From an uncultured Planctomycetales bacterium (GTDB taxonomy: Bacteria; Omnitrophota; Gorgyraeia; Zapsychrales; JANLHA01), in NCBI GenBank assembly GCA_964450385.1, contig CAYVEC010000005.1, forward strand, positions 6,850 through 70,849: a stretch of 64,000 nucleotides of DNA. The letters are read 5' to 3'. Position 1 is the first letter of the stretch, and each line of letters opens with the position of its first letter. The notes beneath the pieces were generated by a model. It was not told the origin of the DNA. It saw nothing but the letters and a program-made list of their open reading frames with translations, and ran no database searches. Position numbers and translations under genes: made by a program. Of this stretch, positions 41,505 through 50,950 are shown one piece after another.

Positions 41505-42359
41505 TTAACGGGTTTGCACGACAAAGACCTGCCTATACCTCCTTTTCAAGATGTCATGCCACTCGTACGCCTCGTGACGTGACAGCATCAATCCGAATAG
41601 TGATGGACCGCTTCCAGAGAACGAAACCCCTTGAATCCCTAATGTTTGTAACCGAATCTTAATCGCGGCAAGCCGCGGGCACACACGCACAATCCCCTGT
41701 TCCAGATCATTGAAAAGCCGAAGACGCACCTCTTCTATATTACTTTTCAATAAATAGGGAAGAAGAATGTTAGCATTATCGCCTTTTTTTGTCAACTTCA
41801 AATTTAAGGCCCCGTAGACCTTAGGGGTTGGCATGGCAATGCGCGGGACAATGACGATGTGCCAGAAGCGGTGCGGGATCGAAAGAGGCGTCAACCGCTC
41901 ACCCCGGCCTTCACCCAAGGCAAAGGGGGTGTCACATAAAAAAAAAGCGACATCGCTCCCCAATGCCGCCGCGGCCTGAAAAAGCTGCTCCTGCGAGAGC
42001 CGCAATTTCCAGAGCTGATTTAACGCGATCAGTGTCGTCGCGGCATTGCTTGATCCGCCGGCCAATCCCGCGGCGACCGGGATGTTTTTTCGAAGATGGA
42101 CCGAAACCCCGTCCTTGACCCCGTAAACCCGCTGAAGATACAGGGCCGCTTTATAAATCAAATTGGTGGGACCGAGCGGGACCTGCGGATGATCGCATCG
42201 GATCGTGATCCCCTCCCGGACGGGCCGAAAGGTCATCTCGTCGGCCAGGCTGATCCGTTCAAAAACGGTTCGGATATTATGGTACCCGTCGTCGCGTTTA
42301 TTGAGGACCTCTAAACTCAAATTGAGTTTCGCGGGCGAGCGCAACAACACCGTGGTCAT
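41505..42359 (-). CDS. ispE: 4-diphosphocytidyl-2-C-methyl-D-erythritol kinase
   Basis: GHMP-kinase motifs (PAKLNLSLEV, PVAAGLAGGSSNAA). Start ATG at 42359 overlaps the upstream TPR gene stop as ATGA. ORF track extends to 42458. Confidence 0.8.
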   Translation of the reverse strand: MTTVLLRSPAKLNLSLEVLNKRDDGYHNIRTVFERISLADEMTFRPVREGITIRCDHPQVPLGPTNLIYKAALYLQRVYGVKDGVSVHLRKNIPVAAGLAGGSSNAATTLIALNQLWKLRLSQEQLFQAAAALGSDVAFFLCDTPFALGEGRGERLTPLSIPHRFWHIVIVPRIAMPTPKVYGALNLKLTKKGDNANILLPYLLKSNIEEVRLRLFNDLEQGIVRVCPRLAAIKIRLQTLGIQGVSFSGSGPSLFGLMLSRHEAYEWHDILKRRYRQVFVVQTR

Positions 42360-43372
42360 AATCCCGACCCCACGATTCCTGCCCCTGAAAGGTCCGCGCC
42401 ACCCATCCCAACCGGCGCCTGATCCATGATGCCTGACGTCTTCAGGGACCGCTGCCAATACTCATCGGCCTTGTCGTGCTCACCCTCGGCCCGATAGACC
42501 GCCGAGATATGCCCGAGGATCTCAGGGTCATCAAGCACGCTGAGCGCCTTCATGAGATACGTTAGCGCTAGATCATTTCGACCCATTTTATAATAAACCC
42601 AACCGAGGCTATCGAGATAGGCCCCATCGTCAGGCTTCAAGGTCAAGGCCTTTTCGATCAAGACCTTGGCTTCTTGAAGGCGCTCCCCCCGCTCCGCGTA
42701 GAGATAGCCAAGGGAATTAAGGCACCGATGATTGTCCGGCTCATACTGCAGGGTCCGCTCGAAGAGCGTCACCGCCTTATCTCCCTCCTCCATTTCCAGA
42801 TAAAGCAAACCGAGAAGGAACATGACCTCGGAGTTTTTAGGATCGATCGACAGGACCGCCTCAAACTGCTGAGCGGCCTTATCATATTGTTTTTGCGAAT
42901 AATACAGCTGGGCGAGATACCCGTAGATCTCGATATTCTCGGGCTGAGCCTCGGAGAATGACGTCAGGATCGCCTCATATTCCTTGGCGGCGAGATCATA
43001 ATGATTCTGACTCGAATGAATGAGCGCGAGGAGATACCGGGCCTGAATATTCTGCGGGTCAAAATCAAGGGCCTTATTGAGATCACTGATCGCCTCGGGG
43101 AGTTTCCCCAGACGGGCATAATCAGCCCCCAGGCGCAGACGCACCGCATCATTATCCTCATACTCTGCCGAACGTTTGAATTCCTCGATCGCGAGGTCCG
43201 GATGGCCGTAGAGGTCATAAATGATCCCCATGGCATACGCGGCAATGCCCTTGGCCTGTTTTTCGTCATCCTCGGCGAGCGCGCACGCCGGGGCCGCGGC
43301 CCCAGCCCACAGGGCCATGACGATCAGTACCAACCGAGCTGTCGAACAGAACATCCGCAGAAAACGCATCAT
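42356..43372 (-). CDS. Exported tetratricopeptide-repeat (TPR) protein
   Basis: Signal peptide then about 8 TPR-like units (YAxLG, LGxxYxxxGxxxxA patterns). Confidence 0.7.
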   Translation of the reverse strand: MMRFLRMFCSTARLVLIVMALWAGAAAPACALAEDDEKQAKGIAAYAMGIIYDLYGHPDLAIEEFKRSAEYEDNDAVRLRLGADYARLGKLPEAISDLNKALDFDPQNIQARYLLALIHSSQNHYDLAAKEYEAILTSFSEAQPENIEIYGYLAQLYYSQKQYDKAAQQFEAVLSIDPKNSEVMFLLGLLYLEMEEGDKAVTLFERTLQYEPDNHRCLNSLGYLYAERGERLQEAKVLIEKALTLKPDDGAYLDSLGWVYYKMGRNDLALTYLMKALSVLDDPEILGHISAVYRAEGEHDKADEYWQRSLKTSGIMDQAPVGMGGADLSGAGIVGSGL

Positions 43373-43402
43373 TCACCCCGCTGATCAGCCCTCGACAAAA
43401 CA

Positions 43403-43441
43403 GTACAACCCTGTCACATCTTGCGAAGGACAGGGTTGTAC
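43403..43441 (-). terminator. Perfect 13-bp inverted repeat (GTACAACCCTGTC...GACAGGGTTGTAC, 13-nt loop); putative intrinsic terminator or attenuator
   Basis: On the minus strand the hairpin is followed by TGTTTTGT. It lies between the small basic ORF and the TPR-ispE start. Confidence 0.4.
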
Positions 43442-43452
43442 ACCGAGATCAA

Positions 43453-43554
43453 TTACGCCCAGTCGCGCTTCTTCAGATGGCGTAAGGCCTTTCTCTGCTT
43501 CTTGCGCTTATGTGTCGTGATCTTTTGACGTTTTCGTTTTTTTCCGCACGGCAT
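43453..43554 (-). CDS. 33-aa Lys/Arg-rich protein MPCGKKRKRQKITTHKRKKQRKALRHLKKRDWA (possible bS22/mS38-like ribosomal protein)
   Basis: Hand-translated; below the 60-aa ORF-track cutoff. ATG at 43554, TAA at 43453..43455, AAGGG upstream. Same strand, 25 nt downstream of hisG. The KKRKR...HKRKK pattern resembles the bS22 family. Confidence 0.35.
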   Translation of the reverse strand: MPCGKKRKRQKITTHKRKKQRKALRHLKKRDWA

Positions 43555-43581
43555 AGCAACGACCCTTTTTCGTTAAGTGTA

Positions 43582-44457
43582 TTAAAAAATGATCTTGTTC
43601 AACGGATACTCAATGATCCCCTCGGCCCCGGCAGCCTTCAGCGCCGGAATCAGTGTCCGGACCTTCCCCTCCTGGATGATCGTCTCAACGGCGGACCATC
43701 CCTCCTGGCTCAGGTCCGAGATCGTCGGGTTTTTCAGCGACGACAGGAGCGCCAGGATCTTGGCGAGATTCTTTTTTTCGACATTCAGCTTCAGTCCCAC
43801 CATGCCGTCGGCATCGATCGCACCCTTAAGGAGCATGATGATCTGATCCATCTTAGCCTTTTTCCATCCGTCCTTGATGGCCTGACGATTCGCGATAAAC
43901 TGCGTTGTGGACTCACAGATCGTGGCCACAATCCGCAGTTTGTTCGCCTTTAGGCTGCTCCCGGTCTCGGTAAGCTCAACGACAGCGTCGACCAGGCCGC
44001 TCGCGACCTTGGCCTCGGTCGCCCCCCAGCTAAATTCGACATCGGCGGAAACGCCGTTGTCATTCAGATATCCCTTGGTCACATTGACAAGCTCGGTCGC
44101 GATCCGTTTGCCTTCGAGGTCCCCGACCGCCTTGATCGCGGAGGCCTCCGGGACCGCAAGGACCCATCGAACCTTTACCGCCGACTGCTTGGCATAAACA
44201 AGATCCGCGAGCGGCGCGACCTTCGACCCGTTCTCGAGCGTCCAGTCCGCGCCGGTGATGCCGCAATCCAGGACTCCATCCTCAACATAGCGGGAGATCT
44301 CCTGCGCCCGCAGCAGCACCGGATCGATCTCAACATCATCAATCGTCGGAAAATAAGAACGACCCGAGACGTAGACCTTAAACCCCGCCCGTTCAAAGAC
44401 CTTGAAGGTGGCCTCCTGCAGACTCCCTTTCGGCAGACCCAATTTTAATTTACTCAT
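43582..44457 (-). CDS. hisG: ATP phosphoribosyltransferase, long form with C-terminal regulatory domain
   Basis: [15 protein letters not shown]...GITGADW. 291 aa. Confidence 0.85.
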   Translation of the reverse strand: MSKLKLGLPKGSLQEATFKVFERAGFKVYVSGRSYFPTIDDVEIDPVLLRAQEISRYVEDGVLDCGITGADWTLENGSKVAPLADLVYAKQSAVKVRWVLAVPEASAIKAVGDLEGKRIATELVNVTKGYLNDNGVSADVEFSWGATEAKVASGLVDAVVELTETGSSLKANKLRIVATICESTTQFIANRQAIKDGWKKAKMDQIIMLLKGAIDADGMVGLKLNVEKKNLAKILALLSSLKNPTISDLSQEGWSAVETIIQEGKVRTLIPALKAAGAEGIIEYPLNKIIF

Positions 44458-44511
44458 CCCATGCTCCTCAGCAGACCGGTCAGACGTCTCACAGCCGTCA
44501 AACAGAGCGTT

Positions 44512-44540
44512 ATTATAAACACAAGTCGTAAAAATGTAAA
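44512..44540 (-). promoter_or_regulatory. Sigma70-type promoter for hisG (TTTACA-17-TATAAT)
   Basis: Minus-strand TTTACAtttttacgacttgtgttTATAAT. -35 at 44535..44540, -10 at 44512..44517. GAGGAG Shine-Dalgarno before the hisG ATG. Confidence 0.5.
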
Positions 44541-44578
44541 GTTTTTTCCATCACCCGCCTGGCCGTCCGGGTTAGGCC

Positions 44579-44607
44579 TTGCCAAAAAACGATTTCGTCT
44601 TTATAAT
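44579..44607 (+). promoter_or_regulatory. Sigma70-type promoter for the ppiD-like gene (TTGCCA-17-TATAAT)
   Basis: TTGCCAaaaaacgatttcgtcttTATAAT. AAGGAG Shine-Dalgarno 6 nt before ATG 44661. Divergent from and adjacent to the hisG promoter. Confidence 0.55.
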
Positions 44608-44660
44608 GCCCTCTCATCACCTGCATCACCTGAACAATCGCAACATGTAAGGAGTTCTGT

Positions 44661-46145
44661 ATGATGAAATTTCTCAGAAAAGAAGGCGTCATGAAGGTGA
44701 TCCTGTGGATCATCGCGGTCGTTATTGTCGCCAGTTTCGGCCTGCTGAGCAACGCCTACCTCCTTCAGGAACGCGGCGCCGGTCCGCGCCACGCCGGTTC
44801 ACTGTTCAATAAACCGGTTCCGCTCGCCGAATTCAAAGAGCACCTTCAATTCATCGACGCCTCGCTCTACCTGAAATTCCAGGCCGACTACAAGACCATC
44901 CGGCCCCAGTTAAATCTGATCGAGCAGACGTGGGACCGCCTGATGCTTCTCCACGAGGCGAAAAAGCGGGGGCTCAAGGTCACGAAACCCGAGATCATCG
45001 ACGCCATCAAACAGATGCCGCCCTTCCTCAAGAACAACACCTTCAGCGAAGGCCTCTACCGAACGATCCTCAAAAATAACCTGCAGATATCGCCCCTGGC
45101 CTTTGAGACCGGCGTGCAGCAGGACATCCTGATCGAAAAACTCCTGGAGCTGGAGACCCTGGGGCTCTCGGTTAACGATGACGAGCTGGCAGCCGCCTAC
45201 ACCAAGGCCCGTCAGCAGGCCCAGGTGCGATATATCCTCTTTCCGACAGAGCGCTACCTTGGGGAGGTGACGTACAACGAGGCCCAGGTAAAAAATTATT
45301 TCCTCAACCACAAGAAAGATTTTCTCAAACCCCCGGCCATGCGGATCCATTATGTGACCTTCCCGGTCCCTGAGAATGCCGGCGAAGAGACGAAGGCCTC
45401 GGTTTACGCCTCCGTCATCACGACCCACGACCGACTGATGGAAGGCGAGTCTCTTTCCGATATCGCCGCGAAAGACGGCCTTACGATCGAGGAAACAGGA
45501 TTCATCGATCCGGCCACCGCCGATATCGCCTTGGGATGGGATTTTGAAACACTCCAGAATCTCTACACCTCGCGTGACATGCGCCGGGCAACCATCGTCG
45601 AAACGCCCGCCGGATATCAGGTCCTTCAGATCAAGAACCGCCGGGACGCCTACCTTCCCGGATTTGACGAAGTCGCGGACGAGGCACGCCAGGCCTGGAC
45701 GCGCAATGAGGCCTTGATCGCCTCTGGCCGCCACGCCGAGGCCACCCGGGCCCTCCTCTTGGAAAAGATCTCCGCGGGTCATGCAAACGGCGCTGCATTC
45801 AAAACAGCTGCCGCGGCGCTCGGGCTCGAGGTCCAAGAAACCCCGCTTTTTACCTATGGAGAATATCTGCCCATCGTCGGCCAGTCCGTGACCTTCCATG
45901 AGGCGGTCTTCATGCTCTCCGATGACAAGCCGATCAGCGATCCGGTCGAGACCCCCAAGGGATTCTGCCTCATTCACCGGTCCCAGCTCATCCCGGTCGA
46001 TCCGGAGCGCTTTACCCAAGAAGCCGATGGGTTTCGTGAAATGATCCTTCGGGAAAAACAAAACCGAGCCATCAAAGAATACATCCTCAAGCTCCGGGCG
46101 CTGGCCCAACCCACCAGCCTCATCAATGACGAGGCCGACCGCTAA
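44661..46145 (+). CDS. Membrane-anchored periplasmic chaperone, PpiD/SurA-like
   Basis: N-terminal TM anchor (VILWIIAVVIVASFGLL), SurA-N-like chaperone region and a parvulin-like segment. 494 aa. Confidence 0.6.
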   Translation: MMKFLRKEGVMKVILWIIAVVIVASFGLLSNAYLLQERGAGPRHAGSLFNKPVPLAEFKEHLQFIDASLYLKFQADYKTIRPQLNLIEQTWDRLMLLHEAKKRGLKVTKPEIIDAIKQMPPFLKNNTFSEGLYRTILKNNLQISPLAFETGVQQDILIEKLLELETLGLSVNDDELAAAYTKARQQAQVRYILFPTERYLGEVTYNEAQVKNYFLNHKKDFLKPPAMRIHYVTFPVPENAGEETKASVYASVITTHDRLMEGESLSDIAAKDGLTIEETGFIDPATADIALGWDFETLQNLYTSRDMRRATIVETPAGYQVLQIKNRRDAYLPGFDEVADEARQAWTRNEALIASGRHAEATRALLLEKISAGHANGAAFKTAAAALGLEVQETPLFTYGEYLPIVGQSVTFHEAVFMLSDDKPISDPVETPKGFCLIHRSQLIPVDPERFTQEADGFREMILREKQNRAIKEYILKLRALAQPTSLINDEADR

Positions 46146-46159
46146 CCCGGCCGTCACCG

Positions 46160-46200
46160 TATCAATAAAAAGGGCCGCACCCCCACCGGGAGCGCGGCCC
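46160..46200 (-). terminator. Rho-independent terminator (bidirectional candidate)
   Basis: GGGCCGC...GCGGCCC 7-bp GC stem at 46172..46200. On the minus strand it is followed by CTTTTTATTGA. It lies between the convergent ppiD-like and thioredoxin-like genes. Confidence 0.55.
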
Positions 46201-46216
46201 TAAAATTTACCATGCC

Positions 46217-46717
46217 CTAAGAAGAAAAATATCTCAAATAATCCGCCGGAAAATCATTCCTCACCCCGGTGATCACTCCTTCCCCGTTGATAAAGTAATA
46301 GGTGGGGAACCCGCGAAGGGCATAACGATTAGCGGTCGTTCCTTCTTCATCAAAAAAGACCTCAAGGTCAATGCCATTCCGCGATAAATACCCCTGGATC
46401 TGGGCCGGAGATTCTCCGACATCAACAAGGATGAGACGAATCCCCTTGGCCTCGATCTCCCCTCGCTGGGCATTAAGGATCTGGATCTGCGTCCGGCAAT
46501 GCGGGCACCAAGTCGCCCAAAAAAAGATTACCGCGGGGCTGTCCCCCCGCGCCTGGGCCAATGACTGGGTCTTGCCCGCGGTCGTTGGCAATACAAAATC
46601 AGCCGCCTTCTGTCCCAGCATCGGATTGGCGAACATCCCCATCTGCGCCGTGACCGGCCCGCCTACCAGCGCGAGCATCAGCACCGCCGCAACCACTACG
46701 ACCCACCGTTGATTCAT
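46217..46717 (-). CDS. TlpA/ResA-family thiol-disulfide oxidoreductase (periplasmic thioredoxin-like)
   Basis: Signal peptide MNQRWVVVVAAVLMLALVGG and WCPHC active site. GGAGGAG Shine-Dalgarno before ATG 46717. ORF track extends to 46795. Confidence 0.75.
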   Translation of the reverse strand: MNQRWVVVVAAVLMLALVGGPVTAQMGMFANPMLGQKAADFVLPTTAGKTQSLAQARGDSPAVIFFWATWCPHCRTQIQILNAQRGEIEAKGIRLILVDVGESPAQIQGYLSRNGIDLEVFFDEEGTTANRYALRGFPTYYFINGEGVITGVRNDFPADYLRYFSS

Positions 46718-46730
46718 GATCTCCTCCTCA

Positions 46731-47069
46731 TCAACATGATTCTCCCTGGCCCTGACTCTCACGGCGCACCCAATCACAATACGCCGGATCGCCAACCGGG
46801 ACAGGAAGTCCTATTATCTCGGGAACCTCATACGAATGCAACTGTTTAATTTTATCCCTAACGGCATCGAACCGGTCCGCCCGTGTCTTCGCCATGAGCA
46901 GGACCTCATCGGCATGCTGCACCGCGCCCTCCCAATGAAAGACGGAAACGATCCGGGGCAGGATATTGACACACGCGGCAAGCCGAGTCTCGACAAGATG
47001 ATCAGCAATCATACGGGCCTGACCCTCATCCCGGCACGTCACCAAAACAACAAGACAATCCATCACCAT
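46731..47069 (-). CDS. cutA: Divalent-cation tolerance protein CutA
   Basis: 112 aa. CutA1 fold motifs (LAACVN, HWEG). Confidence 0.8.
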   Translation of the reverse strand: MVMDCLVVLVTCRDEGQARMIADHLVETRLAACVNILPRIVSVFHWEGAVQHADEVLLMAKTRADRFDAVRDKIKQLHSYEVPEIIGLPVPVGDPAYCDWVRRESQGQGESC

Positions 47070-47075
47070 TCTCCC

Positions 47076-47795
47076 TTAATGCCTGAGCCACAGGAGCGAA
47101 AGATGCCGTCCCGTTCCTGCCCCCTCCCGCCGGTATGAAAAAAAACCTCCGTCACAACACGTGCACATCGGAACACCGGTGACCGCGGCCCGAGGAACGC
47201 CGGCCTCTTCAAGATGCCGGAGGCACGCGGCCGGCAGGTCCAAAAACCACCGCCCCTGCCGCAGGACCATCTCATGAGGGAATCGCTCACAGAGATCCTG
47301 ACCGACCTCATAGCAGCAGGCATGAACACAAGGACCGATCAAGGCCCGCATCTCCCCCGGGTCAGAACCAAAGAGCGTCGACATCTCGCCAACTGTTTTC
47401 GCAATGATCCCCGCGGCGGCCGAACGCCATCCCGCATGGATCAACCCAACAGCCCGGTGATCCCGATCATAGAGAAAGACCGGAACGCAATCCGCGGTTC
47501 GGATCGTAAGCACAACACCGTCCGTCGCGGTCACGGCCGCGTCCGCCGCAATAACGCAGCCCGCGCTCACATAGCGCTCATCCGCATGGATCACCGCATC
47601 CCCATGGACCTGCTGGATCGTGGCCACACGATTCACCGCCACCCCCGCGCGGTTTAACCATTCCCGTTGAGAGGCGCCAAAGACATCGCCGGGATCACGG
47701 AGACAAAAATCCACGCCCCGGTCGGAAAACAGCGCGACCGCCTCGCCCCCTAGGGCATGACTAAAATTCCACATCGATTGTCCCGTTATCGTCAA
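47076..47795 (-). CDS. pgeF: Peptidoglycan editing factor PgeF / YfiH (DUF152 purine-nucleoside phosphorylase-like)
   Basis: HGDAVIHADE ... GLIHAGWRS ... CTCCD conserved Cys/His set. Confidence 0.75.
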   Translation of the reverse strand: MTITGQSMWNFSHALGGEAVALFSDRGVDFCLRDPGDVFGASQREWLNRAGVAVNRVATIQQVHGDAVIHADERYVSAGCVIAADAAVTATDGVVLTIRTADCVPVFLYDRDHRAVGLIHAGWRSAAAGIIAKTVGEMSTLFGSDPGEMRALIGPCVHACCYEVGQDLCERFPHEMVLRQGRWFLDLPAACLRHLEEAGVPRAAVTGVPMCTCCDGGFFSYRREGAGTGRHLSLLWLRH

Positions 47796-48978
47796 GAAGG
47801 GCGTCCTTCGATGAAACTGGCAGTTCCTGAACCTTATTCAGTTTCCGCTCAATGGACCGTGAACGGGTCGCGGCCTTATCTATAATATTCCCGGCCTCCT
47901 GGATCTTCTTCTGCGTGTGCTCAAGCGCCTCGCCGAACTTGCCGAAATCAGCCTTCACCGCGCCGAGGAGTTTCCAGACCTCGCTCGCCCGTTTTTCAAC
48001 CGCTAGGGTCCTGAATCCCATTTGAAGACTATTCAATAAAGCGGCAATCGTGGTCGGACCCGCCACAACGATCCGAAAATCCCTCTGGAGAAGCTCACAC
48101 AGCCCGGCCCGGCTGATCACCTCAGCGTACAGACCTTCCGTCGGAAGAAACATCACGCCAAAATCCGTTGTCTGCGGAGGATCGATATATTTTTCCTGGA
48201 TCTTTTTGGCCTCAAGCTTGATGCGGTTCTCGACCGCCTTCGCCGCCTCCTCAACAAGGGCCTTATCACCCGCTTCCTGGGCGTCCTGAAGCCTCTGATA
48301 ATCCTCCATCGGGAATTTCGCGTCGATCGGCAGCCAGACGACCTCCTCGCCCCGTCCCGGGAGCCGGATCGCGAACTCAACAGGGTCCTTGCTCCCGGCC
48401 CGTGTCACGACATTCTTCTCATACTGGTCCGGGGTGAGGATCTGTTCGAGCAGCTGACCGAGCTGGACCTCGCCCCAGGTCCCGCGCGTCTTCACGTTCG
48501 TCAGGATCCTCTTCAGATCACCGACCCCCGACGCGAGCACCTGCATCTCTCCGAGCCCCTGATGAACCCGCTCGAGCCGGTCGCTGACGATCTGAAACGA
48601 CTCGCCGAGCCGACGTTCGAGCGTCGCGTGCAATTTCTCGTCGACGGTTGCCCTCATCTGTTCGAGTTTTTGATTATTGTCCTGCTGAATGGCATCAAGG
48701 CGTTTTTCAACACTCTGACGAACAAGCTCAAGCTTCTGCTCCGTGGTCTGGCTGATCCCCAGGAGCTGATGCTGAACGGAATCCGAGAACCCCTTGAGCA
48801 TATCGCGCAACTCCATCCGCTGCTGCGCGATGTCGTCACGGAGCGTCCGCTCAGAGCGCTCTTGATAGTTGATAATCTCCTGAACCTGCCGCCCCCTATC
48901 CGTCTTCATCAACACAACGGCGATGAAGATCACGGCCGCAAGGATCACTGCCGCTATGACGAGAATTGCCACGAGCAT
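47761..48978 (-). CDS. rmuC: DNA recombination protein RmuC
   Basis: N-terminal TM, long coiled coil and C-terminal RmuC nuclease-like domain. Confidence 0.8.
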   Translation of the reverse strand: MLVAILVIAAVILAAVIFIAVVLMKTDRGRQVQEIINYQERSERTLRDDIAQQRMELRDMLKGFSDSVQHQLLGISQTTEQKLELVRQSVEKRLDAIQQDNNQKLEQMRATVDEKLHATLERRLGESFQIVSDRLERVHQGLGEMQVLASGVGDLKRILTNVKTRGTWGEVQLGQLLEQILTPDQYEKNVVTRAGSKDPVEFAIRLPGRGEEVVWLPIDAKFPMEDYQRLQDAQEAGDKALVEEAAKAVENRIKLEAKKIQEKYIDPPQTTDFGVMFLPTEGLYAEVISRAGLCELLQRDFRIVVAGPTTIAALLNSLQMGFRTLAVEKRASEVWKLLGAVKADFGKFGEALEHTQKKIQEAGNIIDKAATRSRSIERKLNKVQELPVSSKDALLDDNGTIDVEF

Positions 48979-49073
48979 CGCGGACCACCCGATTCCGTTC
49001 CATGTTGAACCGCTAATGATTCAGGAAGATTGTACCAAGAGATCCAGGCCAAGTCCAGGAGAACGCCCGGTCT

Positions 49074-50894
49074 TTAAAACAACTCGGTCAAAAAGGAAGG
49101 CACCGCGTCGGGAATGTCATCTACCAGATCGACCCCTTCGGGTTCGGGGTGACACCCCATGCGCAAAATAGTCTTCTTATCCGCAATGACCCGTCCGATC
49201 TCATGACGACTGCCGATGACCCCGGCGAGCTCCTCTAAGGTCGTGATCCCCTCAATGACCCGGTCGATCCCTTCTTCGATCAGGGACCGGAACCCATACT
49301 GGCGCCCGCAGTCACGGATCGCATCCTCATCGGCCTCACTGTTCACAAGGCGGCGGATCTCGGCATTGAACGGCAAGATCTCAAAAATCGCGATCCGGTC
49401 CTGAAATCCCGTATGTTGACATTCCGGGCACCCGTGGCCTTTCATAAATCGGATCGGTCCCCTTCCCTGTAACAGCGGCTGGAACATATCAAGGAAAAAG
49501 ACCGGGGGCTCATACTCACCCAGGCATTTCGGGCAGTTGGTGCGCACGAGCCGCTGGGCGATCACCCCAAGAACAGATGAGGCAATGAGGAACGGTTCGA
49601 TCCCGATGTTCCTCAACCGGGTGACCGACGAGGCCGAACAATTCGTGTGGAGCGTCGTCAAGACGAGATGCCCCGTCAACGAGGCCCGAAAGGCCATATC
49701 AGCGGTCTCGGCATCTCGGATCTCGCCAACCAAGATACAATCCGGGTCCTGGCGGAGGATTGTCCTCATACCTGAGGCAAAGGTGATCCCGATCTTCTCG
49801 TTGACCTGGGTCTGCACCACTCCATCGATCGTATATTCAACCGGATCCTCAACAGTCATGATGTTCTTTTCAATGGATTTGACCCGATTTAATAAGGCAT
49901 AAAGCGTAGTTGTCTTCCCAGCGCCCGTGGGACCACAGGCGATGAGCATCCCCTGGGGCTGTTTGATCATTTTATTTAAGAGATTCATCTGATGGATGCG
50001 CAGACCCATATGCCCGAGGTCGGCCTTAAGCTCCCCGGCATCAAGAATCCGAAGAACCACTTTTTCCCCGAAAATCGTATTCATGAAGGAAAGCCGGAGG
50101 TCCACGACCTTGGTCCCGGCCTTGAACTGGATCTTCCCATCCTGAGGCCGGCGCGATTCTGAGATATCAAGGTCAGACAAAATTTTGAGGCGTGAGATCA
50201 CATGTGGATGGACATTTTTAGGGAGTTTTCGTCTGAGCTGCAGGACTCCATTGACCCGATACCGCAATTCAAGATGATGTTCCTTCGGCTCAATATGAAT
50301 GTCGCTCGCCTTCTCCTGCACTGCCGAACAAATCAGGGTATTAACCAAGGCAACGATCGGCGACTGGTCGGCGTTGAGGATCGCGCTCTTCTCGGTGAGC
50401 TCATCCTCTGCAACATTCAGATTATACGTGGAGAATTCTGTGACCTTGTCAACGGCGGAGTTCAATTGCTCCTGATTCAGGCATTGTCCGATCTTCTTCA
50501 TGATCTCAGACCGCCGGGCTAAAACAAACTGAAACCGACCGGGCACGATCGCCCGTATCTGATCCATGATCTCCATATCATAGGGATTCGATATGGCGAT
50601 CTCGAGCCTCCCCCGGTCATCCGAGGTCAAGGGCAAGACCCCATGGCGTTTGATAAAATCAACAGGAAAAATTCTAAGGGTTTGATAATCAACATCTTTT
50701 TCCGCTATGCGAACTTCGGGATATGAAAAAAAACGCATGGTAGAATCCAGGAGCGCGTCCTCAGTGACAAATTCAAGATCAAGGAGAAGATCAATCAGAT
50801 TTTTATTGTTTTGCGACTTGTACTGGCGGGCCTGTTCGACTTGAAGGGAAGTAAGATGCTGCCGTACCAAAAGATCATCAATAATATTTTTCAT
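49074..50894 (-). CDS. gspE: GspE/PilB-family secretion/pilus ATPase with N-terminal T2SSE_N domains (orphan)
   Basis: Walker A GPTGAGKTTT, Asp/His boxes, tetracysteine CPKC...CPEC motif. No pilC/gspF/pilM-Q genes nearby. Confidence 0.8.
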   Translation of the reverse strand: MKNIIDDLLVRQHLTSLQVEQARQYKSQNNKNLIDLLLDLEFVTEDALLDSTMRFFSYPEVRIAEKDVDYQTLRIFPVDFIKRHGVLPLTSDDRGRLEIAISNPYDMEIMDQIRAIVPGRFQFVLARRSEIMKKIGQCLNQEQLNSAVDKVTEFSTYNLNVAEDELTEKSAILNADQSPIVALVNTLICSAVQEKASDIHIEPKEHHLELRYRVNGVLQLRRKLPKNVHPHVISRLKILSDLDISESRRPQDGKIQFKAGTKVVDLRLSFMNTIFGEKVVLRILDAGELKADLGHMGLRIHQMNLLNKMIKQPQGMLIACGPTGAGKTTTLYALLNRVKSIEKNIMTVEDPVEYTIDGVVQTQVNEKIGITFASGMRTILRQDPDCILVGEIRDAETADMAFRASLTGHLVLTTLHTNCSASSVTRLRNIGIEPFLIASSVLGVIAQRLVRTNCPKCLGEYEPPVFFLDMFQPLLQGRGPIRFMKGHGCPECQHTGFQDRIAIFEILPFNAEIRRLVNSEADEDAIRDCGRQYGFRSLIEEGIDRVIEGITTLEELAGVIGSRHEIGRVIADKKTILRMGCHPEPEGVDLVDDIPDAVPSFLTELF

Positions 50895-50950
50895 CGTCAG
50901 GCCGCCTTAATGAAGTGTTGATTATCGAAAAGGCTAAGAGATTAATAGTG

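Noticed and set aside
44910-46157. 415-aa minus-strand ORF
   Set aside because: It is antisense to the ppiD/SurA-like gene, which has its own promoter and Shine-Dalgarno. This is a GC-driven open frame with low-complexity Gly/Arg/Asp composition.
49074-50894. Calling the GspE-like ATPase a competence ComGA because comF is in the window
   Set aside because: comF is 48 kb away on the other strand. The 606-aa protein carries the long N-terminal T2SSE_N region typical of GspE/PilB/MshE rather than of the short ComGA. It is left as orphan GspE/PilB-family.
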